Shown here: positions 11,679 through 23,257 of the stretch, in pieces | Position numbering within the stretch: the stretch's first letter is position 1 | Layout: each line of letters opens with the position of its first letter | Assembly: GCA_013115125.1 (NCBI GenBank) | Contig: JABANN010000040.1 | Span: 62,001 to 108,851, forward strand | Source of the DNA: Perkinsus olseni | Taxonomy: Eukaryota | Direction of reading: 5' to 3' | Length of the DNA: 46,851 nucleotides | The notes under the pieces: model-generated | What the model was told of the DNA's origin: nothing | The model's input: the letters and a program-made list of their open reading frames with translations, nothing else | Database searches by the model: none | Program-made: the position numbers and the translations under genes

Positions 11679-14508
11679 ATGTATAGCGAAGAAGCCGACA
11701 ACGCCCTCGCCGATGAGGAGATAGGCCTCATCATGCGGTCAGCGCGGAGGAGCGAGGTAGTGCTGGCGTGAGGGGTGGCCTCCTATGTGGCCTGTGGTAG
11801 ACCGTGCACTCGCCACGAAATAAGAGTCGGTTGTCATCACCAAGGAGGGCCAAGAAAGAGCAGCAGCAGCACCAGCAGCAGGGGCCGAGTGGGAGGAAGT
11901 TCAGCAGCGGCTCGGTGAAGGAGTGGATGCAACGGCTCAGAGCTGACTTTGGGTGTGTAACCAGTAACGGAGTATCTTTTGACAGAGGTTAACCTTCAGG
12001 GATAAGATACTTATTTGGATATGCGTATCCCAGCATCTAACTAAAGGCTTGGTCCTCTACTACATGCTCAGCACTATGGACTACCTCCTACGGTCCGACC
12101 TGCCATCTGCGGGGTTACTACCGTTAACGCCGCCTCATCAGGTCCTACTGGGTCAGCGGGCCGCGACTGCAGATCCTCACGGGAGTCGTGTTCATGCCGT
12201 GGGTGATGAAGCCCATGTAGGAGGGTATCTTAGGTTGATCATGGTCATTGACGCATCTCCTCAGCTTTGGAGTTCTCTCCGACATGTGCCCCATCCTTGG
12301 TTATCACAAGCAGCCCTACATCCTCCTCTCGGCCATTCTAGGGATATCCGCCTTCGTCCTGTTGTGTGCCAATCCAGTCACGGACGCCAAAGGCGAGTAC
12401 CTCCCCCTAGCCCAGCGGAGGCTGTCGCTGCCTTCGGTATGACCATCGGTAATAGGAGCCCTTCCTGACTGCCCCCTCACAGGTCGTGCTCGCCATGTTT
12501 GTCTGCACCGTCTTTGTGACCGTCCAGAACCTCCTTACGGAAGCAAGGTAGTCCGGTTGCGTAGAGAGGGCGACGTGTCGGTAGGAGTATCAGCAAACAA
12601 CCTGTCGCTGGCGCGGGAGAACCGATTTCCGCCCCTTGGAAGACACTACAATCAGCAGCTGATGCCTGAATGGCTCCTGCTACGCGAACGAAGTATGGGA
12701 GGGCGTCACACTGTCACCTGACAGGTACTCGGATATGATGCGCAGTCAGTCGAACGGTGGCAGCGCCCCGAGGCTGGTCACTTTTGTCCTACTGGGGAAG
12801 AACTGTTGTGAAGTCATTGCCGCCGCCACGGTTGGGACTATCATCACTAAGTAGGCTCCTTCCGTAGCATGGTGATACCCTCCACTGCAGGTACGGCCCG
12901 CATGCCCCCTTCTTCCCCTGCCTCGTACCAGCTGCTCTCTTTATACCACTCATATTCTTCAACTTCTTGGGCGAGCGTAAAGTTGGTAAGGCAGGGGTCC
13001 AGCGGAATCCACTGTGATAATGTCCTCTAGGGAAGGAGGAGGTCTCGGAGACCTACGCTGCCCTGAGGCGACAGGGCTACGCGGAGTTGGTGATGCTGGC
13101 CTGTTTAATGCTGGCCTGCACCACCGTTACTAACGGCATAGGCTTTCAGGAGTAAGCTAGAATTATCCGACCTCGGGAATGGACATCCCCCCTTAGGGGT
13201 CGTGTGGAGGCCGCTGCGTACACCGGTTTCGTCTCTACCCTAGTGCTGGTGGTACTTTTCGGTATCACCCTTACCCCGGTCATTGCCAAGTTCACAGTCT
13301 TTTCCATCATCCAGGTCGGTGTCCCCGCTCTCTTCTCGGATCAGCCCTACTATTATCAGGCGTCCTTAGCCGTCTCCATCGAGGGTGGGGCCTTCTACTT
13401 CTTCACAGACACGGCCGAGCAGTTCCCGGGCGGACCGAACTTCTCGCCGGTCTACTATACCACCGTACGCCCTCCGTCCCCACTGTCCACTGACCCGCGT
13501 CCTCTGTCAGGTCCTCGGGGTCGTGTCCAACGCCTTCTCGATCTTCGGTGTTCTCATTTACTGGCACTACATGAGAAGATGGACCTTCAGGAACCTCCTC
13601 ATACTAGCCAACGCTCTTCATATCACTGTAGCCCTCCTGCAGGTACATCACCGGGCGTGCGCTTTTTACACCCACTTTTCAGCTAATTTCCATTTGTTCT
13701 ACTCTCAGACCTTCGTCTTTCTCCGGTGGAATCTCGCCATCGGCATCTCTGACAAGGTCTTCGTTCTGGGCGGCACGTCCATGCTCGAGGTAGCCCTCCG
13801 GTGCCCTTCTCCCCCTATTCCACCCTCATCAAGGTTACTCGACAGTGGATGTGGATGCCTACGCTCATCCTCACCTCCAAGCTGTGCCCTCAAGGGATGG
13901 AGTCCACGATGTTCGCCCTCCTGGCTGGCTGTGCTAGCGCTGGTTATACTATGGTAGGGCCTCATCGCTCTGAGTGGTGAAGGGCATGTTGCTCTCTAGG
14001 CCAAGTACATCGGAGCGTTCGTTCTACACGAGCTCAATGTCCGCCCGGTAGGAGCTGTTAATGAGGGACACCAATTCGACAAGTGAGGCCCAGCGGCGCG
14101 CCGGTCTCCGGGATTCTCTCTTGCCTTCAGTTTGTGGAAGGCGGCAGTGCTATCAGCGTCGTGTCCCCTACTTACCTTATTCCTCCTGCCCTTCTGCATA
14201 CCCAACGCTCGTCAGACGGCCCACCTACCGACGGGCAACAGCGTGGTAGTAGCAACAACTGCACTGCCGCCACCGACTGCGTCCATCCGTCCTCACAGGT
14301 GGAAGGGTCCCTGTGGCGGCGACTGAGGGGCTGCAACGACCATCAATCGGACTCGGAGGCCCTCCACAGTGGTGACAGCTCCGAGACAGATTCCACCACC
14401 GGAGCGAGCGACGGCGCTCGAGGTCTGTGCTCTTACTGGTCTCGGTGTGGCAGTGCTTGCTTTGTCAGGTTCATAGATGACCAGATGTTCGTGACTTTTT
14501 GCCTCTAG
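11679..14508 (+). CDS. BT1-family folate/biopterin transporter (MFS), multi-exon
   Basis: Motifs SQHLTKG, MPWVMKP.FGVLSDMCPILGYHKQPY, FYFFTDTAEQFPGGPNFS, SKLCPQGMESTMFALLAG. Start and last exon inferred. Confidence 0.88.
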
Positions 14509-14708
14509 CGTATTTATCTTTTTTTGGTTTTTTGATGAGTGCTCAATGGGAGCATTGAAGGCAGGATGCAGTTGTGCTCACAGGTGTGCTGACAGGTTGT
14601 TGTTGGGTTAAAGTACTTTTGCGGTGTGCCGGGATCGAACCTGCGTGGCTTTTCAGTTGTTGCTTGCCCGCTACTGCGCCTTGATTGCTACTGCTGTTGT
14701 GATTCGCC

Positions 14709-17700
14709 ATGCCGCCGCCATCACCACCGGCCTCGAAGGAGCCCTCGACAGCAGCAGAGCAGTTCATTCCCCCTCCGCCCGGCCAGGAGGCCCCTCCCAC
14801 TTGGGCCGACAAGTGGGAACTCCTACCGGCGTTCTTGGAGGCAAGGGGCTTGGTCAAGCAGCATATTGATAGCTTCAATTACTTCGTCACTACGGAGATC
14901 AAAGATATTGTAAGTTCAACCTGCCAAATGCATGAGCGAACGCTGGATATCTTCTTCTCGACGCGGGTGGACTGGAAATCACTACACTCGTCCTCGCTCG
15001 TGTTAGTGGAGATATCTTACCGACGATGTTTCTCACTCACATGCTCGCTTGATTCGACGCGAACTCTCTCACTAGCTAAGTACCTTGCTGCCTTCATCTC
15101 GGGGAATCCGAAGCGCTGCAGATTGCCATCACGCCGGGAGCAGCTGCTTTTCTCCTTCCTATCGCTGCTGCTGTCAGGTCCTCGCCGAGTCCAATAGGCG
15201 TATCACCAGTGATGTCGACCCCAATTGGTTCCTAGAGTTCCATGACGTCCACGTGGGAGCCCCGAGCTACCGAGGGGTCCTGCAGCATGTCCAGACTACA
15301 CCAATGATGTGCCGTATCAGGGATATGACGGTAATGGTGGGCAGCAAAGTTTGGATCTTATTGGTCACAATCGAGACCGTTATGCCCTCACTTCTATTCC
15401 GCTGATCCGATACAGCTGTCAGTTTTATCATCGAACTGACAGCTTACGGTTCTCGCTGCGAGGGGACACGAAGATCTTCCGGAAAAAATTCCCCATCATT
15501 AAACGCTAAAGAAGGTCACTGTTGTATCTCATTCAGTACGCTAGCGACATCTTGGTCGACATCTCCTATGTGCGTGGCCGGGAAGTGGTACGCAAGAACG
15601 GCGTCTGCGTCGGACGGCTGCCGGTGATGCTCCGGTCGAAGCTCTGTCGGCTACACGATGCCACTACGGAACAGATGGAGAGAATGCAAGAATGCCCGTA
15701 GGACAGCAGGCATCTTTCTGACACCTCTAGCTATGACTGCGTCTCTCCTCAGGCACGACCCTGGTGGATATTTCATTATTAAGGGGACAGAGAAGGTGTT
15801 GTTGATGCAAGAGCAGCTGAGCAACAATCGTATCATCGTGGAGATGGACGCGAAGAAGATGGTCCAAGCAGTGGTCACCAGTTCAACGGCTGATAACAAG
15901 TCACGTAAGTCGTTGGCGAAAATGTCGCGCGCCACGAAATTGTCTACTGGATTTGGTGGTGGTGGTTAGGTACTGTGGTGTGCTTCAAGTCGGAGCTGAG
16001 CGGCCTGTTCGTGAAGCATTCGGCGTTCACTGAGCTCATACCGGCCGTCATCATGTTGAGGGCGATGGGGATGGAATCTGATCAGGAGATTGTAAGCCAC
16101 GGGAAGGGCCAGTCGGCATGGGAAATTGGAGGGCTACGAAGTGGGTTGACCATCATCTTGAGCCACACAGCGCACATGGTCCCAAGCCACATAGATAGCA
16201 CTGTCTGGATAGCATGCGGTCCGACCGCAGCGGTCGCTCTTACCGTAAAGTCCGATGATAGCTCCGCCGTCGGGAAACGAATGGTGAGTGTCCAGACTCT
16301 AGCGTACGTCAGACTCGAGCAACATCATTGGAACAAAATGAAGCCTTTGTACTCGGGGAGAGATGGTTTCCCTTCTGCGCAGGTCCAGATGGTTGGTACA
16401 GAGAAATGTCACGTTGATGGTATGATTCTGAGTCTGCAAGACGCCCATGCGACAGGCGTCTTCAGTCAGCAGCAAGCTCTGGAGTACCTCGGCAACAAGC
16501 TGAAGATCAGAAGTCGGTCCCATGCTCCGCCTCCGACCTCTCCCTACGTCATCGTATCATAGGTTCAGCTGGGACTAGCCCCGGCAGTACTGATGCGACC
16601 GAGAGGAAGATGGGAGAGGCTCTGGAAGTTTTGGTATGACTACTCGTGGGTATCCCCGGTGACATCATGGTACTGTTGTTGTAGGTTCGACAAGTTCTCT
16701 CGCACATCTCCGTGTATGCTGATGGCAGCTTCAGTTCGGCCTTCGACCAGGACAAGGGTGGTGCTACCAAACCCCTCGACTTCAGTGGAAAATGCCGATT
16801 CCTCTGTTTGATGATGCGACGGGTAAGCTCGCTGAGAATTACATTGACGAGTCGGAGTATCTTTCCTGCCCTTGCGCACAGCGAAGATTTTCCTGTCAGG
16901 CCCTGGATGCCCGCAGCGACTCAACCCTCCTTGACGACCGTGATTACTACGGCAACAAACGTCTCGAGTTGGCCGGTCAGCTGATAGCCCTCCTTTTCGA
17001 GGATCTGTTCAAGAGCATGAATACTGAGATCAAAAAGTCCGTGGACATGCGCCTCACCAAATACTTCCAACAGGTAGTAGGCTGATTGCGCCATGGGGAT
17101 CTCCACCCAATCGTGAGGCATTTTTGTGGGCATAGCCTGTGAGATTTGGGACTGTTACTGCCTCTCTCTTGGTAGGCATCTTCCGCCTCGGCAAGGGCAG
17201 GCCGATCTATGGTTGGGCCGGACAGTGGGTATCCTGATGTCCTCCGGGATATTGATTCTGAGAGGATTACCAGGGGCATGAACCGAGCCATCAGCTCGGG
17301 CAACTGGAACATTAAGCGTTTCAGAATAGACCGCTCGGGAGTCAGCCAGGTAGGGTGGACGGGCTCGGGCCGCCAGTGGAGCCCTTTCTTCTACTGCTCC
17401 AACTCTTCAGGTCCTTTCCCGCTTCTCCTTTATCGCTGCATTGGGAGCAATGACCCGTGTGAAGTAAGAATCGTTCATGCTTTCGTCGCTGTTGGTATGC
17501 CGGTGCTCGAATCAGGTCCCAGTTCGAGAAGTCCCGTAAGCTGGCCGGGCCTCGAGCCCTTCAGCCCTCTCAGTGGGGTATGCTGTGCCCCTCTGATACT
17601 CCTGAGGGCGAACAGTGTGGACTTATCAAAGCACTGTCCCTGCTGGCACACGTCACCACGCCCGACGAGGAGGGGCCTATCCGCCGTCTCTGCTACTCTC

Positions 17701-20517
17701 TCGGTAAGCCTTGCGTGCTCTACCCGGCGGCAATGATCTTCGTCCGGGCAGCGTCGTCAGTTTGAGCCTTGTGAAAGTTTCTATGGTATGAGAGCGCGTT
17801 CCTAGGACTATCAATGAGGGATATCGTTATGGATCCTGTAGGTTGGAAGTGTTTCGTCTGCAGGTGTTGAGGACGCTGCCGGTCTCACTGGTGAGGAGCT
17901 CCACTCCGCCGGCACCATCACGGTTTTCCTCAACGGTGCCCTCCTGGGTGTCCATCGAAGGCCCCAAACCTTCATGAGCGACATGAGGACGCTGCGTCGT
18001 CGAGGGAAGATCGGAGAGTTCGTGTCGATCTATGAGCACGAAGCGCAGAGGGCCATCATCATCGCTACGGACGGGGGACGACTCTGCCGGCCACTCATTG
18101 TGGTGAAGAAGGGCAGGCCCATGCTCAAGCCGGAAGTGCACCTACGGAAGCTCAAGTCGGGGGAGCTCAGGTGAGGCTGAATGGATAGGTGCCTGTGGTC
18201 GGGAAGTCGAGTAGGGGAATGGTAGAATGAATGTGATGGTAGCGTAGATGGGATTTGATGGTACAAGAGCCGATAGATTCCTGTAGTCGTGGATGGAATC
18301 GACGTAATGCTAATGGTGTGATAGGTATCTTAATGGCATAGCGAAGGATACATAATCGTACGTGGAATCCTAGATGGACAGCGTAGATGGAATAAGAACC
18401 GATCCTCGCTGCAATCAGGTTCACTGATTTCCTGAGACTGGGTATCATCGAGTGGGTGGATGTTAACGAAGAGAATAACTCGTACATCGCCATCAACCCT
18501 GAGGATGTGACCATGGAATCTACCCATCTAGAGGTAGTCACCAACAAGCCCTGCTCCACCCTTCCCACCCCCTCTCCTCAGATCGAGCCCCTGACTCTCC
18601 TCGGCGCCGTGGCTGGCTTGGTGCCCTATCCCCATCATAACCAGTCCCCGCGTAACACCTATCAGTGCGCTATGGGAAAACAGGCCATGGGTAACATCGC
18701 CTGCAACCAGGTAGGAAGGCTCGGCTACCCTCCTTTGTCACCAGCCGCTCTCAGCATCTCCGGACGGACACCCAGCTGCTGTTGTTGACCTATCCCCAAC
18801 AGCCCATGTGCAAGACCAGAACCATCGATCTTATCGGCTACGACAACCTTCCGGCCGGCCATAACGCTAGTGTAGCGGTCATGAGTTACTCGGGGTAGGT
18901 CGCTCAATAACAGGAGGGAGGCGCTGGTTCAAGGGGGTCTGCTCAGATACGATATTGAGGATGCTCTTATCATGAATAAGGCGTCCATCGACCGAGGATT
19001 CGGCCGGTGCTGCGTTACTCGCAAATACGTAAGCTGGATTGAGATGGCTGTTGAGTGCCATGGTGACTCCATGGCAGGCTACGCCGCTGGCTCGTTCGGC
19101 CATCGGGTCTAGTGAGGAGCTCCGAGCGCCTCCGGTGATAGGCGGTGGCGGGAAGGGCGGCGGTCGTCATCAGCGACAGGGAGGCTTCGTGGGACGGGCG
19201 AAGAAGTAAACTACAGAGGGAGGGTTGCTGTGGACCCACTCTGACCTTGCAGGTACGCCATCATTGACGAGGATGGCTTGCCCTTCTCTGGCGAGCAAGT
19301 CGTCGACGGCGGTGTTCTCATCAACAAGGTGTCACCTATGAGTGATGCTGCTACGGGTCAGGTCACCCACTGGAGGGACACTCCGATATCGTGAGTCGAC
19401 TGGGGGATGGGCGAGGCTATTCCCTACCCTCTCTGTGGCAGATATAAGAATCCTGTGCCTTCGTATGTGGACAGAGTTATTGCTACCGAGAACGAGGATC
19501 AAGCTAAGATATTCAAGTGCATCACCAGACAGACCAGAAGGCCTGAGCTCGGAGACAAGTTCTCGAGGTAGGCGGAGCGAAGGCTGAATCTTCTTCCATT
19601 TTCCCTTACTCAGTCGACATGGTCAGAAGGGTGTCATTGGTCTCATTGTGAACCAGGAAGACATGCCGTTCGGAGAGAAGGGGTGGTGCCCGGATCTTAT
19701 CATGAACCCCCATGGTTTCCCCAGTCGAATGACTGTAGGGAAGCTATTGGTAAGGGTATAGGGAGTCTGATTCTTCGATTCTCACAGCCTCTGTTCAGGA
19801 GTGCGTCTCCGGCAAGGCTGGCGTTCTCGATGGTGAGAGGTCTTACGGTACGGCCTTCGGCGGGACCACCAAACAGCACATGACGGAGTCCCTGATTCGT
19901 CACGGTTTCCATCCCAGTGCTAAGGAGTATATCACATCCGGTGTAACAGGAGAGGCCCTCGAATGTTACATCTTCGTTGGACCAATTTACTATCAAAAAC
20001 TGAAGCATATGGTAGGTCGTCGTCGACCCAGTACCGTGCTCGCATTCGTTGTGCTCACTTCCAGGTCATGGACAAGATTCACGCTCGTTCCACTGGCCCT
20101 GTGAACCAGCTCACTCGACAGCCTACGGAAGGTCGAGCGAAGGACGGTGGCCTTCGTCTGGGAGAAATGGAAAGGGATTGCCTGGTGAGACCTGCAGCCT
20201 CAACTTGCTCTCTAGTGATGTCGCTCATTAGGTTGCTTACGGCGCCTCCAATCTGTTGCTCGAAAGGCTCATGCTTTCCAGTGATGTATTCACAGCCTCC
20301 GTCTGTCGGCGATGTGGCCTCCTGTCGTACCAAAACGGAACGTGCAAGTAGGTTCAGTTGGCGAATCTGACTTAGTCGATTACTCCTGTTATTTTGTAGG
20401 TTGTGTGGCACCAGTGAGAACATTGTCGACATACGTATGCCGTATGCTTGCAAACTGCTATTCCAAGAGCTGCAAGCCATGAACGTCTGCCCTAGGTTGA
20501 AAGTTGAATCCAGATGA
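14709..20517 (+). CDS. RPC2: DNA-directed RNA polymerase III second-largest subunit, multi-exon
   Basis: Pol III-type N-terminus [122 protein letters not shown]. Confidence 0.97.
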
Positions 20518-21079
20518 GGCAAAGCACTTCTACCACCATTATGGCTCATTTCACCAACGTTGTTTCTACTGTATCTGCTGAATGTTATGTCCAGAGTCAA
20601 AGATTTCATTCGAAGAGACAACATTCGCCGTAACATGGGGAAGGATGTTTCGAACTAGCGGCGACGGGGGATCTCTGTATCCGATTCATATATTCCACTG
20701 GAAAATGTCAATGCACCATGTTTGAGATCAACTCGTCTGCTCCCTCGGCTCACTATGGCTGCATTCGCGCTATCTGGACACGGCATGCAGCGGAAAAGAG
20801 TTCCGAGTTGGGACTTCCATCAGTCGAGAGCACGCCACCAGTGGCGATTAACCACTCAGTAGTTATGTTACTGCGTTACTAACGCGACTTCAGATGACGC
20901 TTGTCATAAAGCGTCAATGTAATAACATCGTTTAGGATTCAATGAATCCGTCATGCACTTATCATTATATTGAAAAAGATTCGTCCTCGTAGGAGAATGG
21001 GAGCAGTCATATTACAATAATATCCTTCGAGGGTCTATTCTATCGCAGTGGGTTGTGAAGCCATTGCTGCTACTATGCC

Positions 21080-22456
21080 TCAGGTAGTGGGGAATGCAGA
21101 CCCAAGACAGACAGCAGCACAAGTGCGACCTGTAAACATGCACGTCCGCTCATCATCTTTGACCCAACCCCATTCAGACAAGTCGAAAAGCAGCGCCTTG
21201 TCGCTGGCTGCCGTCAAAGGCCTCTCTGCCTGGCAGTAGTGGTGCGAATCGGAGTAGTGCGTTGACGACCGGCTGTCTGTGTCGGCACCGAAGAGCTCAA
21301 GAAAGTCGTTAAACTCCGCTAGGGTTTCCGACGAATCACTGAAAATTGAGTCGGTGTCATCATCCTCGTAGCCTCCGACCAAGAAGACACAGCTGCCGAC
21401 AGTTACTGCACGACAATCTGCCCTGCCTGACAGCATCTCAGGTATGATTTTCGCACGAGATGCTCGGATTACTCGGCCTCGATTACTGGCTTGCAAGCGC
21501 GGCACTAGATGTGCGTCTTTCAATGACACCACCTCCGAGGTGGCTACCTCCTCGAAGTATCCATTAATACTGACATAACCACCGAAGATGCCAATGGTGC
21601 TTTTGCACTCGTCGAGCCATGCAACGCCGCATGCTGATCTACCCACACTCAGACGTACCGAAAGAACCGACCAAGTGTGAGGCTTCACCGTGGTATCAAG
21701 AATGTAGATCAGATCCGATTGAAACGGGAGGTCTACCATCAAAATCCCGCCAATAATATACAATCGACCATCCTTCTCGAGCACGCGAGGAGCAGCCAGT
21801 GGTTCGGGTAAATTGATCCTATCACCATCTTGGACCCACTGGTTAGTGTGAGTATCGAAGACCTCCACCAAGGACACCAAACGCTCTCGTGTGCTTCCCC
21901 CGATAGCATACAAATACCTGTTGTCTACGACCGCCAGACTGTGGGCAAAACGAGGTATCTGCATGGTAGAGGCGAGGCACTGCCATTCATTGAGCCACGG
22001 GTTGTACACCTCTACGCACCCGAGGGGTTGGGGAGGACGGAAGAAGTCAACCCGATAGCCACCAACGACGTAAAGATAGCCACCAACAAATACCGCCGCA
22101 GCGTCGACCCTTGGGCCGCTCATACTCGGAGCCCTTCGCCCTGCCTTAGAATAAGGATCATACACCTCCACCGAGCTCAGGTATGATTCAGACCTCTTGC
22201 TATTCGACGAACACCCGCCACATACGAATATGCAGTTGTCAACAGGCTTGTCATAGCGGAGGTAGGACAAAACTGCGTCATGCATAATGTCGAGGGGGAT
22301 AGCTGCGAAGGGACACACGGCCACGTCGTTGCATTTCGATACTCGTAACACTAGGGAAGCAACTTCCTCTCCGTTATACTCCACCCAGTGACTCTTTCGG
22401 ACCGCCGATGGATCTTGGCGGAGGGATGAAGAGGGAGTAGAACGACGACGATCCAT
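21080..22456 (-). CDS. Kelch-repeat protein with F-box-like N-terminal motif, intronless
   Basis: Single 458-aa ORF with repeated kelch GG/W motifs (LYVVGGY, VEVYNPWLNEW, LYAIGG, LYIIGG). Confidence 0.88.
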   Translation of the reverse strand: MDRRRSTPSSSLRQDPSAVRKSHWVEYNGEEVASLVLRVSKCNDVAVCPFAAIPLDIMHDAVLSYLRYDKPVDNCIFVCGGCSSNSKRSESYLSSVEVYDPYSKAGRRAPSMSGPRVDAAAVFVGGYLYVVGGYRVDFFRPPQPLGCVEVYNPWLNEWQCLASTMQIPRFAHSLAVVDNRYLYAIGGSTRERLVSLVEVFDTHTNQWVQDGDRINLPEPLAAPRVLEKDGRLYIIGGILMVDLPFQSDLIYILDTTVKPHTWSVLSVRLSVGRSACGVAWLDECKSTIGIFGGYVSINGYFEEVATSEVVSLKDAHLVPRLQASNRGRVIRASRAKIIPEMLSGRADCRAVTVGSCVFLVGGYEDDDTDSIFSDSSETLAEFNDFLELFGADTDSRSSTHYSDSHHYCQAERPLTAASDKALLFDLSEWGWVKDDERTCMFTGRTCAAVCLGSAFPTT

Positions 22457-23257
22457 TACCTATCGACTATTCCTGTGCAAGAGCCGTGAATAGATAAGAG
22501 CCTAGCGAATGGTATTTCCGAAATACTCTTTCGAGTAGCACCGTGCCTCGTAGGCACGGTTCCTCAGGTAGGCCCTGCATACCGACCATAGCAATCGTCC
22601 AATTACTACGGCTGTGGCAGCGGAGGGACAACCCGATCCACGTATCTACCACCCGGATTGCCAATTATTCCCGAGTTCACTGGAACTTAGGAATGGGATT
22701 CAGAATACATTCCAACGATAACACGTAGTAGAATGCCACTCGCCGAGAAGTAGGGAGCGAGCCTAATATGACTGCACTGTAACCGCCGCCAGTAAACAGC
22801 CTCCACCATACATGAATCCATTCCGGCGCAGGATCTGAGCGGTCCTCATGAGTCCGAGCGGTCGCAGAATTGCAGTAGCCGAGAGGGATTTTCTCGCGCG
22901 CCCGAAAAACTGCAATTGAAGATGTATCGTCGAGCGGCGATTCCTTCCTTTAAATGGCTGCCCTCTGATGATGTTTCTGCATGCCTCGCAACGACCACTG
23001 CATATACTAGGTAGTTCCCGTTAGGAACAACTAGGAACTTCCTGAGACCAGCCCGAGTGTAACAGAGCACGACCATACAACACCGTCCATGTCGGTCACC
23101 TCGACGGCTCAGCGCTGGAGCAGTCAACACCTTAATCGGGCTAGCATCACGAAGAAGATAACGCAACGGCAACGTGAGGGTAACAAGTGACTGATATACA
23201 TGCACAACGTCATGGAATAAAATAGCAGAAAAACCACTTCCTTGGTAGATGGCGACC

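Noticed and set aside
16092..16382. Possible intein in RPC2
   Set aside because: No N-terminal Cys/Ser or C-terminal His-Asn; bounded by canonical GTAAG..CAG splice sites.
8027..20517. Stop-codon reassignment or programmed frameshifting suggested by the fragmented ORFs
   Set aside because: The interruptions I checked are explained by canonical GT-AG introns that restore the frame.
20894..20937. SECIS-like ATGA-N10-AAA..GA spacing
   Set aside because: The required helix does not pair and no neighbouring gene needs an in-frame TGA.
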